A stretch of DNA of 64,000 nt from contig JAGQQW010000001.1 in the NCBI GenBank assembly GCA_020426005.1, positions 32,909 to 96,908 of the forward strand, in the 5' to 3' direction. The position numbers and the translations under genes were made by a program. The stretch comes from Planctomycetota bacterium. GTDB lineage: Bacteria > Planctomycetota > UBA1135 > GCA-002748355. Below are positions 9,823 to 19,434 of the stretch, piece by piece. Numbering within the stretch: position 1 is the first letter of the stretch; each line of letters begins with the position of its first letter. Below the pieces are notes generated by a model that worked only from the letters and a program-made list of their open reading frames with translations, had not been told where the DNA came from and did not search any database.

Positions 9823-9956
9823 CTCCTCAGAAGGGCAGCCAGCAGATCGCCACGCTCCGGCGACATGATTCACCGCAATCCGTTGCAAACCCTCAACTTA
9901 GCATTTGCGAATGCGCGCGCTCGCTTCCGTGACGCCGTGGCCCTACACCCCTTGCC

Positions 9957-11150
9957 ATGACCGGGACCCTCGATGTCGCCCTGATCGGGCAGCGCTTCAT
10001 GGGGCGCGCGCACAGCAATGCGTGGCGCCAGGTCGCGCCCTTCTTCGCCCCCCCGCTCCACCCGTTCCTCCACACGATCGCCGGCCGCGACCCGAAGGAC
10101 CTCGAGTCCTTTGCCAAGCAGTGGGGATGGACGCACTGGACGACTCGCTGGCAGGACCTCGCCGAGGATCCCGAGATCGATCTCGTCGACATCGGCACCC
10201 CCAACGACGTGCACAAGGAGCAGGCGATCGCGATGCTCGAAGCCGGCAAGCACGTCGCCTGTGAGAAACCGCTCGCGGGCACGCTCGACGATGCGCGCGC
10301 GATGCGCGACGCGGCCAAGAAGGCGCGTCGCAAGTCGAAGACGTTCGTCTGGTTCAACTATCGTCGCTGCCCCGCGATCGGTTTCGCGCGCAAGCTCGTG
10401 CAGCAAGGCCGCCTCGGAAAGATCCTTCACGTGCGCGCGAAGTACCTGCAGAGCTGGGGCTTCGCCGATACGCCTTTGCTGTGGCGCTTCGAGAAGAAGC
10501 GCGCTGGCTCCGGCGCCCACGGCGACCTCAATGCGCACTCGATCGACCTCGCGCGCTTCTTGACCGGTGAAGAGATCGTGTCGGTCGAGGGCGCGATCGC
10601 GCAGACCTTCTACAAGGAGCGCGCGCTACTCGGCGACGCTGCGCAACTCGGTGGCAAGAGTAAGAAGACCAAGAAGGCGCAGGCGATGGGCAAGAGCACC
10701 GTCGACGATGCGCTGCTCTTCCTCGCGCGTTTTGCGGGCGGCGCGGTCGCGAGCTTCGAGGCCACGCGTTGCGCTCACGGCCACGAGAATCGCAACACGA
10801 TCGAGCTCAACGGCGAGAAGGGCTCGGTCCGCTTCGACTTCGAGGACATGAACGTGCTCGAGCTCTTCGACGCCGAAGTCGACGCCGCCACGCGCGGCTG
10901 GCGCCGCATCATGTGCACGACCGCGGACGCTCATCCGTATGCAGGCAACTGGTGGCCTTCGGCGCACGTGATCGGCTACGAGCACGGCTTCGTCAACATG
11001 GCCGCCGACATCCTCCGCGTCCTCGGCGGACAAGAGCCCGAGCTTCCGTTGCCGGACTTCGCCGATGCGTACGAAGTGCAGCGCGTGCTCGAAGCCGCGC
11101 AGATCGCGGCGAAGCAAGGCGGCCGCATCCCGCTGCGTGAAGTGAAGTAA
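9957..11150 (+). CDS. Gfo/Idh/MocA family NAD(P)-dependent oxidoreductase
   Basis: A 397-aa protein with an N-terminal Rossmann region (LDVALIGQRFMGRAHSNAW) and the EKP motif (ACEKPLAG) typical of Gfo/Idh/MocA dehydrogenases. Confidence 0.85.
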   Translation: MTGTLDVALIGQRFMGRAHSNAWRQVAPFFAPPLHPFLHTIAGRDPKDLESFAKQWGWTHWTTRWQDLAEDPEIDLVDIGTPNDVHKEQAIAMLEAGKHVACEKPLAGTLDDARAMRDAAKKARRKSKTFVWFNYRRCPAIGFARKLVQQGRLGKILHVRAKYLQSWGFADTPLLWRFEKKRAGSGAHGDLNAHSIDLARFLTGEEIVSVEGAIAQTFYKERALLGDAAQLGGKSKKTKKAQAMGKSTVDDALLFLARFAGGAVASFEATRCAHGHENRNTIELNGEKGSVRFDFEDMNVLELFDAEVDAATRGWRRIMCTTADAHPYAGNWWPSAHVIGYEHGFVNMAADILRVLGGQEPELPLPDFADAYEVQRVLEAAQIAAKQGGRIPLREVK

Positions 11151-11225
11151 CCGGAAGGAAATGGGGCGCGAGCGCCCTGAAGCAGCGACGCGCACGCGGA
11201 GCGACGCAAGGCACGAAGCCAAGCG

Positions 11226-12017
11226 ATGGACGATCTCTCGAATTTGCCGGAGCACGCACTGCTCGAGCGCCTCTTCGCCGCGCTGCATGCGATCGAGTCC
11301 GCGCATGCCGCGGGCCAAGACGACGCACAGCGCGCAAGGCAATCCGCTGCGCTCGCACTCGTCCAACAGGTGTGTGACCTCGGTGCGCTCCGCAGCTTCT
11401 CACCTCTGCCCACCATCGCGACGATGCTGCGCGGCGAACTCGACGCACGCGCGATCACGTCGATGCTCGTCCCGGTCGAACGCGCACTCGACAAGAAACT
11501 GCGGGACGAGGACTTCCTGATCGCCGCCGACGACTGGTCGCGCGACGTCCGCACGATGCCGCTGCGCCTCGTCGCCGACAGCTTGCGATCGTCGTTCAAC
11601 GTCGGCGGCCTGTTCCGCACGGGCGAGTGCTTCGGCATCGAAGAACTCGTGCTCTGCGGCTACAGCGCCGACCCGAGCGATGCACGCGTCTGCAAGGCGA
11701 CACTCGGCACGCACGAGCACGTCGCGTGGCGACGCGAGCGGCGCATCGAGGACGCACTCGCATCGTGCCGCGCAGAGGCTCGTCTCACGATCGCCCTGGA
11801 GAGCGATACCGCTTTTCCCGCACTCGAAGAGATCGACATCTCGTGGCCGTGCGCGCTCTTCGTCGGCAACGAACGCCATGGCTTGCCGATGTCGTTCTGC
11901 GACCGGGTCGACGCGCGTGCGCGCATTCCGCTCTTCGGCCGCAAGAACTCCCTCAACGTCGTGTCGGCGACCGCGATCGCGCTCGAACAACTGCGGCGGC
12001 GCTACGAGGCTCGTTGA
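11226..12017 (+). CDS. TrmH/SpoU-family RNA 2'-O-methyltransferase
   Basis: A 263-aa protein with the SPOUT C-terminal domain motifs (NVGGLFRTGECFG, VGNERHGL, NSLNVSVATAIAL). Confidence 0.85.
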   Translation: MDDLSNLPEHALLERLFAALHAIESAHAAGQDDAQRARQSAALALVQQVCDLGALRSFSPLPTIATMLRGELDARAITSMLVPVERALDKKLRDEDFLIAADDWSRDVRTMPLRLVADSLRSSFNVGGLFRTGECFGIEELVLCGYSADPSDARVCKATLGTHEHVAWRRERRIEDALASCRAEARLTIALESDTAFPALEEIDISWPCALFVGNERHGLPMSFCDRVDARARIPLFGRKNSLNVVSATAIALEQLRRRYEAR

Positions 12018-12020
12018 TCG

Positions 12021-13379
12021 TCAGCGTTTCCGCGCTTTGCTCCCGGCGCCCCACAGCGGCTCGACGAGCTGTGCATCCCAGGTCTGGAAGCGCTCGGCCA
12101 TCCGCGTGACGAGTTCGGCATTGTCCTCAGCGATGTCGCGCGTCTCACCGATGTCGCCTTCGAGATCGTAGAGCGCGAACGCGGCGTCACGCTTCGGACG
12201 ATGAAGCTTGTAGCGCCCGCGGCGCAGCGCGCCTTCGCCCGACGAACCTCCCGCACGCCAGAACAGGTCCCGCGTGAGCGGCTCCGTACGCGTGCCCAGG
12301 AGCCACGGAGACACGTCCGTGCCGTCGAGCTTCCACTCGGGATCGACCTCACCACCGCCGAGCGTGACGAAGGTCGGCAACAGATCGAGCGAGATCACAG
12401 GCACCTCGAGCACGCTACCTTTCTCGATGTGCCCTGGGTAGCGCATCGCGAGGGGGACGCGGATGCCGCCTTCGAGCAGCATGCCCTTGCGTCCACGCAG
12501 CGGCGTGTTGATCGCGCCGGTCTGCGTTTGCCCACCGTTGTCGTTGGTGAAGACGACGAGCGTCTTGGTGTCGAGGTCGTGCTCGCGGAGCGCAGCGAGG
12601 ATCTTGCCGACATTGTCGTCGAGCGAACGCACGAGCCCCGCGTACTTGCGTCGACGCTCGTTCTCGATGTCGCTGAGCAGCTCGTAGTCCTCGTCCTTGG
12701 GTTGCAGCGGCCCGTGCGGGGACGTGAACGACACGAAGAGGAAGAACGGCTCGCCCTCGCGCTTCGCTTCCTCCTCGATGAACCGCACGGCAGCATCGCC
12801 GAGTCGATCGGTGACATAGCCGCCCTCGTCGGTCGCCTTGCCGTTTTCCTGCAGAACCCTGTGCGGCGTCGGCTTTGCCATCGGCACGTAGGGGCGCGAA
12901 CCCTGCAAGAGGCCGTAGAACCAATCGAAGCCCCGTCGGTTCGGATGGTAGGCAGGCTCGTAGCCGAGATGCCACTTCCCGACAAGGCCGGTTCGATAGC
13001 CGAGCGCATGCATGCGATCCGCAACGGTCTGTTCACTCAGCGGCAATCCGAGCTTGGAACCTGGCGGCAAGTTGCTCTCGTGACCGAAGCGCTGCTGATA
13101 ACGCCCGGTCAAGATCCCCGCGCGCGACGGCGAACACACACAACCCGACATGTAGGCCTGGGTGCACGTGACACCGTCCTTCGCGATCGAATCGATGTGC
13201 GGCGTGCGCCGCGCGAGCTCGGGCGCGGGCTTTCGCTGGAAGCCGAAGTCGGCGTAGCCCGCATCGTCGGAATAGAGCACGACGATGTTCGGACGCCCGT
13301 CCGGCTGGCTCTCCTGTGCACCGACGGGCACGGCGCTGAACACGAGCAAGAACGAGAGAGCGGTGCATGCGCTTGCCAT
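12021..13379 (-). CDS. Sulfatase (formylglycine-dependent arylsulfatase family), secreted
   Basis: The signal peptide MASACTALSFLLVFSAVPVGAQE is followed by the sulfatase signature CSPSRAGILTGR (C-x-P-x-R) and GKWHLG. The start is refined to an internal ATG at 13379 because the upstream 63 aa of the track ORF are Arg-rich with no signal peptide logic. Confidence 0.9.
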   Translation of the reverse strand: MASACTALSFLLVFSAVPVGAQESQPDGRPNIVVLYSDDAGYADFGFQRKPAPELARRTPHIDSIAKDGVTCTQAYMSGCVCSPSRAGILTGRYQQRFGHESNLPPGSKLGLPLSEQTVADRMHALGYRTGLVGKWHLGYEPAYHPNRRGFDWFYGLLQGSRPYVPMAKPTPHRVLQENGKATDEGGYVTDRLGDAAVRFIEEEAKREGEPFFLFVSFTSPHGPLQPKDEDYELLSDIENERRRKYAGLVRSLDDNVGKILAALREHDLDTKTLVVFTNDNGGQTQTGAINTPLRGRKGMLLEGGIRVPLAMRYPGHIEKGSVLEVPVISLDLLPTFVTLGGGEVDPEWKLDGTDVSPWLLGTRTEPLTRDLFWRAGGSSGEGALRRGRYKLHRPKRDAAFALYDLEGDIGETRDIAEDNAELVTRMAERFQTWDAQLVEPLWGAGSKARKR

Positions 13380-13437
13380 GCGCCTGACGATACGCGGCCA
13401 CGCTGCCGCGCAGTTGCGCAAACGGACGGTAATCCGA

Positions 13438-15612
13438 TCAACGAGCGAGTTCGGACGCCGCACGCGCGAATGCAGCCTGATCCACCGAGAGGCGACAGTG
13501 CGCCGGCTCGCCATCGACACCAACGATGACGGACTTGCCGCTACCTCGTACTCGAACAAATCGATCACCGCGCCTCAGTTCGACGCCCAGCTCGTAGGGC
13601 CCTGCTCGGAGCAAGGACAATCGGGCGAGACCTTCGCCCGACAGGAGTGCGGATCTGCTCGTTGGCTCCTCGCCATACGTCGCGTAGAGCCGGTGGGCCT
13701 TGACGATGATCGTCTCTTCGCGCCACGCACGATCCGCGCGAACCCATGCCGTTACATCGCTCGGGAATTCGCCGATCCCCGAGACCTCGACCGCGAACTC
13801 GATGGGATCGTCGAGCGTCAAGGTCGCAGGGCCAGCGACCTGACGGAACACAGTGCGACACTCATCCTGAGTTCGCACCGTCACATCGACGACCGGACGT
13901 GACGTCACGAGCCACAAGCGACCGGACAGGAACGGGACGGCGTACAGCTCACCGTCTACTGCGGGCGGAAGGAACGTGGCGAGCCCCCGGCGTACGGGTT
14001 CGCCACCAGGGCGGACGACGGTCAACTCGTGCACGACGACGCGTCCGAGCAAATCGACACGCAGTGTTTGCACGAGTGGCGCCTCCGCGATGACGATCTC
14101 GTGGTCCGTGTAGACGCGTTCGCCCGTAGCCGTCACAACGACCTCGAGTGCACAGCGCCCGGGCGATACCGCGGCCCAATGGAAGCCATCACCGCGAACC
14201 GCACCATTCAGGACGAGTCCATCGGGCGTCGCCAGTCGGCACGACAAAGCCTTGCTGGCTCCCACCGGTCGATTCAGGACTTCTACGTCGACGGTGACGC
14301 CATGCACCGCGTTCACGACGATCGCTGCTCCAGGAACGAACTCACGTGGAGCGATTGGGCAACAGCCCTCGACCACCGCCGCGAGACGCAAAGAAGCACT
14401 CGAGGTGACATCGCCATGCACGACGAAGCGCCCTTCGCCGACAGGCGTGATCAAGATTCGTTCGTCGACGCTCCAGCCCTCACGCAGGTCGTGCGCGGAA
14501 GGCCTCGCTTCCACGCGAAGGTCGACCTTGTGGTCCGGATGCTCACCATCTTCGGTCACGCGTACGGTAGCAATCGTTCGAAGCGGCTGGAAAAGGACTC
14601 GCCCGACGTCGTAATCACGACCTCGCGACAATGGCAGGAGTGGCATTGCCTGGAAGAACGAGTCGTTCCGCATGAATAGCAATCTCAGCTCACCGCGCGG
14701 AGCGCGATCGATCAGGAGTCGACTCACGGCGACGGAGAACTTTCCACTGGCATCGGTCTCGAAACGAACTTGCGTGCCCATCGACGCGAGAATGCAGTCG
14801 GCCTCGGAACACGGAACTCCATCCAACACTGCAGTGCCACGGATCACGGCAGAATCGCGCGACACGTCGAGGTCGACCACGACCTCCTCGCCACCGCGGA
14901 CCGGCCCTTTGATCTGTCGAATCGCATCGAGGAAACCGGGAGCGTGCGCGTTGCACCACCAACTCTGGTGCAGTCCGACGCGTGAAAACTCCGCGTAGTC
15001 GGTTCCCGACGAAATCCTCTCGAACTGCCGGTCGCGCCCAGAGGGATCGACAAACCGAACGTGCGCTCTAGGAATCCCTCGCCCCAGGGCATCGACCATG
15101 CGCACCTTGATGGAGCCGTGCGGCGGGAGAACGAAATCGACTCGATCCGCACGATCGAGATCGACTTCCTTCGCTAGAGAATCGAAGCCGAGAAGCTCGG
15201 GAACCAGACGAAGCTTGCCGTGCTCGTCAACATCGAGATTCGCGCGCTCGAGGCGGAGCTCGCCGCGCTCGTCGGTCACGAACGACGATGTGAACACACC
15301 GCTGGGCGCGGGGATCACTTCGATCTTGCATCCTGCAACCGCGCGAGCATCCGCATCACGAACCGTCACGAGTAGCGTGTGCCGCGCTCTGCCTGCAGGT
15401 TCGCGCGTGGCACGCCTGGATTCGGACTTCGTGCCATCGATTGCCTTCTCGACCGATGGCGCAACCTCCTTCTCGGGTCGGATACGGACCGACCTGCCCG
15501 ATTGCATGTCGTCGGTACGAACAGGCGACCGATCAGCGAACAACACGGACCATGTCGCCAACAGAACGAAGCAACTGATCACGGACAGCCATGTGAGTCG
15601 CAACGCCTTCAT
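13438..15612 (-). CDS. Large secreted hypothetical protein with repeated carboxypeptidase-regulatory-like or Ig-like beta-sandwich segments
   Basis: A 724-aa protein with N-terminal signal peptide MKALRLTWLSVISCFVLLATWSVLFA. It contains several segments of the type VxVxDxxGxPxxGAxV...TDxxGxFxL that recur in the two paralogs at 29.5-33.5 kb. It has no recognisable catalytic motif. Confidence 0.6.
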   Translation of the reverse strand: MKALRLTWLSVISCFVLLATWSVLFADRSPVRTDDMQSGRSVRIRPEKEVAPSVEKAIDGTKSESRRATREPAGRARHTLLVTVRDADARAVAGCKIEVIPAPSGVFTSSFVTDERGELRLERANLDVDEHGKLRLVPELLGFDSLAKEVDLDRADRVDFVLPPHGSIKVRMVDALGRGIPRAHVRFVDPSGRDRQFERISSGTDYAEFSRVGLHQSWWCNAHAPGFLDAIRQIKGPVRGGEEVVVDLDVSRDSAVIRGTAVLDGVPCSEADCILASMGTQVRFETDASGKFSVAVSRLLIDRAPRGELRLLFMRNDSFFQAMPLLPLSRGRDYDVGRVLFQPLRTIATVRVTEDGEHPDHKVDLRVEARPSAHDLREGWSVDERILITPVGEGRFVVHGDVTSSASLRLAAVVEGCCPIAPREFVPGAAIVVNAVHGVTVDVEVLNRPVGASKALSCRLATPDGLVLNGAVRGDGFHWAAVSPGRCALEVVVTATGERVYTDHEIVIAEAPLVQTLRVDLLGRVVVHELTVVRPGGEPVRRGLATFLPPAVDGELYAVPFLSGRLWLVTSRPVVDVTVRTQDECRTVFRQVAGPATLTLDDPIEFAVEVSGIGEFPSDVTAWVRADRAWREETIIVKAHRLYATYGEEPTSRSALLSGEGLARLSLLRAGPYELGVELRRGDRFVRVRGSGKSVIVGVDGEPAHCRLSVDQAAFARAASELAR

Positions 15613-15799
15613 ACCTACTCCGACATGGGAATCGGACGCGCGTCCTGTTCTCGAGAGTGGGGCTCTTCATCGGGGCCAAAGAGAAGCGCGCCGCAAACGC
15701 CTGAAAGCACGCGATGCATCCTCTGAATGGCCAGGATATCCGTAGCCTCGCTAAATCAGCAACCCGCGCCGAACCCGCCGCGCGGCTATCCTGCGCCGC

Positions 15800-16186
15800 A
15801 TGTCACAAGAGAACTCCCTCCACAACCGAGCCGTTTGGTTCGACATCCCGGTCGCCGATCTCGATCGCGCCGACTCGTTCTACGCCGCTGTCCTTGCATG
15901 CAGCGTCGACCGCGTGTCGATGCCCGGCATGAGCTTTTCGGTCCTCGAGCATGACAAGGGCAACGGCGGCTGCCTCGTCCAGAAGCCCGACGAAGTCGCC
16001 TCGGACCGGGGCATCCTCGTCTACTTCAACGCGGAGGGCAGGATTCGCGACGCGGTCGCCAAAGCGCGCGAACACGGCGGCGAAGTCGTCGAGGACACGC
16101 ACTCGATCGGCCCGCACGGCTTCCGCGCGATCGTGCGCGACAGCGAAGGCAATCGCATCGCGCTGCACTCCGAGAGCGACGCCTGA
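15800..16186 (+). CDS. VOC (glyoxalase/bleomycin-resistance/dioxygenase) family protein
   Basis: A 128-aa protein. WFDIPVADLDRADSFY and the C-terminal GFRAIVRDSEGNRIALH are typical of small VOC-fold proteins. It lies 85 bp upstream of the FAD oxidoreductase on the same strand. Confidence 0.75.
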   Translation: MSQENSLHNRAVWFDIPVADLDRADSFYAAVLACSVDRVSMPGMSFSVLEHDKGNGGCLVQKPDEVASDRGILVYFNAEGRIRDAVAKAREHGGEVVEDTHSIGPHGFRAIVRDSEGNRIALHSESDA

Positions 16187-16271
16187 GTCGCAGCGGACGC
16201 GGGCACGAGCACTTACGAGATCTTCACCGAGGAGAATCCCTCGACGCGAACAGCGACGCTAGCGTGCTGAC

Positions 16272-17552
16272 ATGGCGAGCGAGCAGGACAGCTTCGACGT
16301 CGTGATCGTGGGTGCGGGGATCCAAGGCCTTGCGCAAGCACTCTCGGCCGCGAAACGCGGCCATCGCGTGCTCGTGCTCGAACGCACGAAGCGCGCACTC
16401 GGCGCGAGCGTCCGCAACTTCGGCATGATCTGGCCGATCGGGCAACCACTCGGCGTGCGCCTCGAACTCGCACTCGCGAGCAGACGATGCTGGCTCGAGT
16501 TCGCGCGCGCAGCCAAGCTGCCACTTCGTGAATGCGGATCGCTCTTCGTTGCGACGCAGGACGACGAGACCGAAGCGATGGAGTCGTTCGTGAACACGAT
16601 GCAAGGCTCCGGACTCGAACTCCGTTTTCTGTCGCGCACGGAATGCAAACGCGCCTCCCCCCTCGTGCGCGAGGACCGAGTGATTGGAGGCATGTCGAGC
16701 GACACCGAGGCGAACATCGACCCTTGGCACGCGCTCGCGTGCCTCGCGCACTGGCTCGAGGAATCCCATGGAGTTCGGTTCTCGTTCCAAGAAGCCGTGA
16801 CGCACGTCGAGACGGATCGCGTCGAGACGTCACGCGCACGATCGATTCGCACGTCACGCACGATCGTGTGCGAAGGGCTCACAGCGACGAAGCTCTTCCC
16901 CGAAGCGTTCGACGACGCGTCGCTACTCCCGTGCCGTCTGCAGATGCTGCGCACGGCGCCGCTCGGGAGCGACATGGGGCCGATGCTCGCGACCGGGCTC
17001 ACGCTGCGTCACTATCCGTCCTTCGCGCTCGGCATCGCACGCGCCGAGGACTCCGGACTCGCCGCGTTCGATCGCAGAATACGCAGCGAGCTGCCGGCGC
17101 TCGACCGCTTCGGCATTCACGTCATGGTCTCGCAGGACCACGAAGGGCGCCTCGTCCTCGGCGACTCGCACGTCTACGGCGATGCGGCACTCGAGCCCTT
17201 TCGATCCGAGCGCATCGACGAACTCGTCCTCGCCGAACTCGACGCGCGCTTCTCGATTCGCGCACTTCGGATCGAAGAACGTTGGCAAGGTCGCTACCTC
17301 AAGCGAACGGGGCATGGCGTCTTCGTGCACGACCCGATGCGGAACGTGCGCATCGTCAACGGCCTCGGAGGCAACGGCATGACGCTGAGCTTCGGCATCG
17401 CCGAGACGATGTGGAACGACTGGAGCGATGCAGATCTGCTTTCGGGACTCGCGGACCCGGAGCCGCTCGAAGGGACAGCGCCGCGCATCGAATCGCGCGG
17501 GGAGCTTCACGACGATCTTCACACGCAGCCCGGGCGAACCTTCACGACGTGA
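16272..17552 (+). CDS. FAD-dependent oxidoreductase (DAO family, resembles the TIGR03364 clade associated with aminophosphonate catabolism)
   Basis: A 426-aa protein with an N-terminal dinucleotide-binding motif DVVIVGAGIQGLAQAL. Its overall layout matches DadA, SoxB and ThiO-like amine oxidases. The assignment to the TIGR03364 clade is from memory of that family and was not checked against a database. Confidence 0.85.
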   Translation: MASEQDSFDVVIVGAGIQGLAQALSAAKRGHRVLVLERTKRALGASVRNFGMIWPIGQPLGVRLELALASRRCWLEFARAAKLPLRECGSLFVATQDDETEAMESFVNTMQGSGLELRFLSRTECKRASPLVREDRVIGGMSSDTEANIDPWHALACLAHWLEESHGVRFSFQEAVTHVETDRVETSRARSIRTSRTIVCEGLTATKLFPEAFDDASLLPCRLQMLRTAPLGSDMGPMLATGLTLRHYPSFALGIARAEDSGLAAFDRRIRSELPALDRFGIHVMVSQDHEGRLVLGDSHVYGDAALEPFRSERIDELVLAELDARFSIRALRIEERWQGRYLKRTGHGVFVHDPMRNVRIVNGLGGNGMTLSFGIAETMWNDWSDADLLSGLADPEPLEGTAPRIESRGELHDDLHTQPGRTFTT

Positions 17553-17589
17553 CACGACCCTGCGACGAGTGAACCTCGTCGTCCCGGCA

Positions 17590-18876
17590 ATGCGCAGCTG
17601 GCTCTCGAATCGCAGCCGCGGAACGTTCGCTGCCTACTGCATCGTCGCGGCGTTCGGGACGTACTTCTGCATGTACGCGTTCCGCAAGCCGTTCACGGCC
17701 GGAACCTTCGAAGGCGCACCGGCCTTCGGACTCGCATGGAAGACCGTCCTGATCACGGCGCAAGTCGCGGGTTACACGCTATCCAAGTTCGTCGGCATCC
17801 GCGTCGTCTCGGCGATGTCGCCCGCGAAGCGCGCCCTCGCGATCGTCGGCCTGATCGCGGTTGCCGCAGTGGCGCTCGCACTCTTCGCGATCACACCACG
17901 CCCGTGGAACGCGGCATTCTTGTTCGTCAACGGGTTGCCACTCGGAATGGTCTTCGGCCTCGTCATGGGTTTCCTCGAGGGGCGTCGACAGACCGAAGCG
18001 CTCACCGCGGGCCTGTGCGCGAGCTTCATCCTCTCGTCAGGAGTCGTGAAGTCGGTCGGGCGTGACCTGATCGTCCACCGCGGAGTCGAAGAAGCCTGGA
18101 TGCCGGTCCTCACCGGCGCACTCTTCTTCGTGCCGCTGATCCTGTTCGTCTTCCTGTTGGCGCAGATCCCGCCGCCAGACGAAGGAGACCTCGAACACCG
18201 CAGTGCACGGAACCCGATGACGACCATCGACCGTCGCGAGTTCTTCAGGCGACACGCACCCGGTCTGATCGGTCTCGTCGCGGTCTATCTCTTCTTGACG
18301 ATCGTCCGCAGCGTGCGCGACGACTTCGCGGTCGAGATCTGGCGTGACCTCGGCACGACGGGTAAGCCATCGATCTTCGCGTCGACCGAATTGATGGTGA
18401 CCATCGTCGTGCTCGCAATCAGTGGCGCGGCATTCTTGATCCAGTCGAACCGTCGCGCGTTCTTCGGCTCACTCGCGACGATGTGGATCTGCTTCGTCGC
18501 GACGATCGCGCTCGTGCTCTTGCGCAGAAGTGGAGCGCTCGGTCCGTTCGCGTTCATGGTGTTGAGCGGCGCTGCGGTCTACGTACCCTACGTATCGTTT
18601 CACACGACGGTCTTCGAACGCCTGCTCGCCGTGCTGCGTGAACGCGCCAACATCGGATACTTGATGTATCTCGCGGACGCGTTCGGTTACCTCGGCTACG
18701 TGATCGTCATGGTGCTGAGGAACTCGTGGAGCGGAAGCGTTGATTTCTTACGGTGGTTCGAACTCGTTCTGATCGCGCTCACTGCTGCGTCGCTCGCCGT
18801 CACACTCCTGGTCGCGCGTTACTTTTCCGGCCAATTGCGAACCAACGCACCACCCCTTCGAGTCGGAGCAGAATGA
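17590..18876 (+). CDS. Polytopic integral membrane protein (putative transporter), family unknown
   Basis: About 429 aa with at least 10 hydrophobic helices. The start is refined to MRSWLSNRS at 17590 because the upstream part of the track ORF overlaps the FAD gene end and is Arg-rich. Its stop overlaps the next start (ATGA), indicating translational coupling with the HD-domain gene. Confidence 0.65.
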   Translation: MRSWLSNRSRGTFAAYCIVAAFGTYFCMYAFRKPFTAGTFEGAPAFGLAWKTVLITAQVAGYTLSKFVGIRVVSAMSPAKRALAIVGLIAVAAVALALFAITPRPWNAAFLFVNGLPLGMVFGLVMGFLEGRRQTEALTAGLCASFILSSGVVKSVGRDLIVHRGVEEAWMPVLTGALFFVPLILFVFLLAQIPPPDEGDLEHRSARNPMTTIDRREFFRRHAPGLIGLVAVYLFLTIVRSVRDDFAVEIWRDLGTTGKPSIFASTELMVTIVVLAISGAAFLIQSNRRAFFGSLATMWICFVATIALVLLRRSGALGPFAFMVLSGAAVYVPYVSFHTTVFERLLAVLRERANIGYLMYLADAFGYLGYVIVMVLRNSWSGSVDFLRWFELVLIALTAASLAVTLLVARYFSGQLRTNAPPLRVGAE

Positions 18877-19430
18877 ACACGATGCATGTGGATTCGATTC
18901 TCGATCTGTTGCGGGACAACGGCTCGTGCGCCTACCTCGGCGAGCAGGTGACGCAACTCGAGCACGCGTTACAGTGCGCGACTCTCGCCGAGGAGGCAGG
19001 AGAATCCTTGCCGCTGGTCCTCGCATGCTTGTTGCACGATGTCGGACACCTCGTGCGCCTCGGAACCGAGGATCGCAACGCAGGTGACGACGGGCACGAA
19101 GGCATCGGCGCACGGTTGCTCGCGAGGTGCTTGCCGCCCGGCGTGACCGAGCCGATTCGCCTGCACGTGTCTGCGAAACGGTATCTCGTCGCGAACGATC
19201 CCAGTTATCGCACGAACCTCAGCGAAGCATCGATGTACAGCCTCGAAGCTCAGGGCGGCGCGATGTCGGCGGCGGAGTGCGCTCAGTTCGAAGCCGAACC
19301 GCATGCCGACGACGCCGTGCGGCTACGCCGCTACGACGAACGCGGCAAGACTCCAGGTTTCGCGACGCTACCGCTCGAACACTTCGAGCCGTTCATCCAC
19401 GCACTCGCCTCGACCATGCAACCGGAGTGA
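18873..19430 (+). CDS. PhnZ-like HD-domain protein (putative mixed-valent diiron C-P bond-cleaving oxygenase, TIGR03276-like)
   Basis: 186 aa from MNTMHVD. AYLGEQVTQLEHALQCATLAEEAG...LVLACLLHDVGH closely matches my memory of the conserved N-terminal block of PhnZ (YIGE.V.QLEH.LQ.A..A...GA...L..AALLHD.GH), and later VSAKRYLVA also matches. The start is refined to an ATGA overlap with the upstream gene. Confidence 0.8.
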   Translation: MNTMHVDSILDLLRDNGSCAYLGEQVTQLEHALQCATLAEEAGESLPLVLACLLHDVGHLVRLGTEDRNAGDDGHEGIGARLLARCLPPGVTEPIRLHVSAKRYLVANDPSYRTNLSEASMYSLEAQGGAMSAAECAQFEAEPHADDAVRLRRYDERGKTPGFATLPLEHFEPFIHALASTMQPE

Positions 19431-19434
19431 CCCC

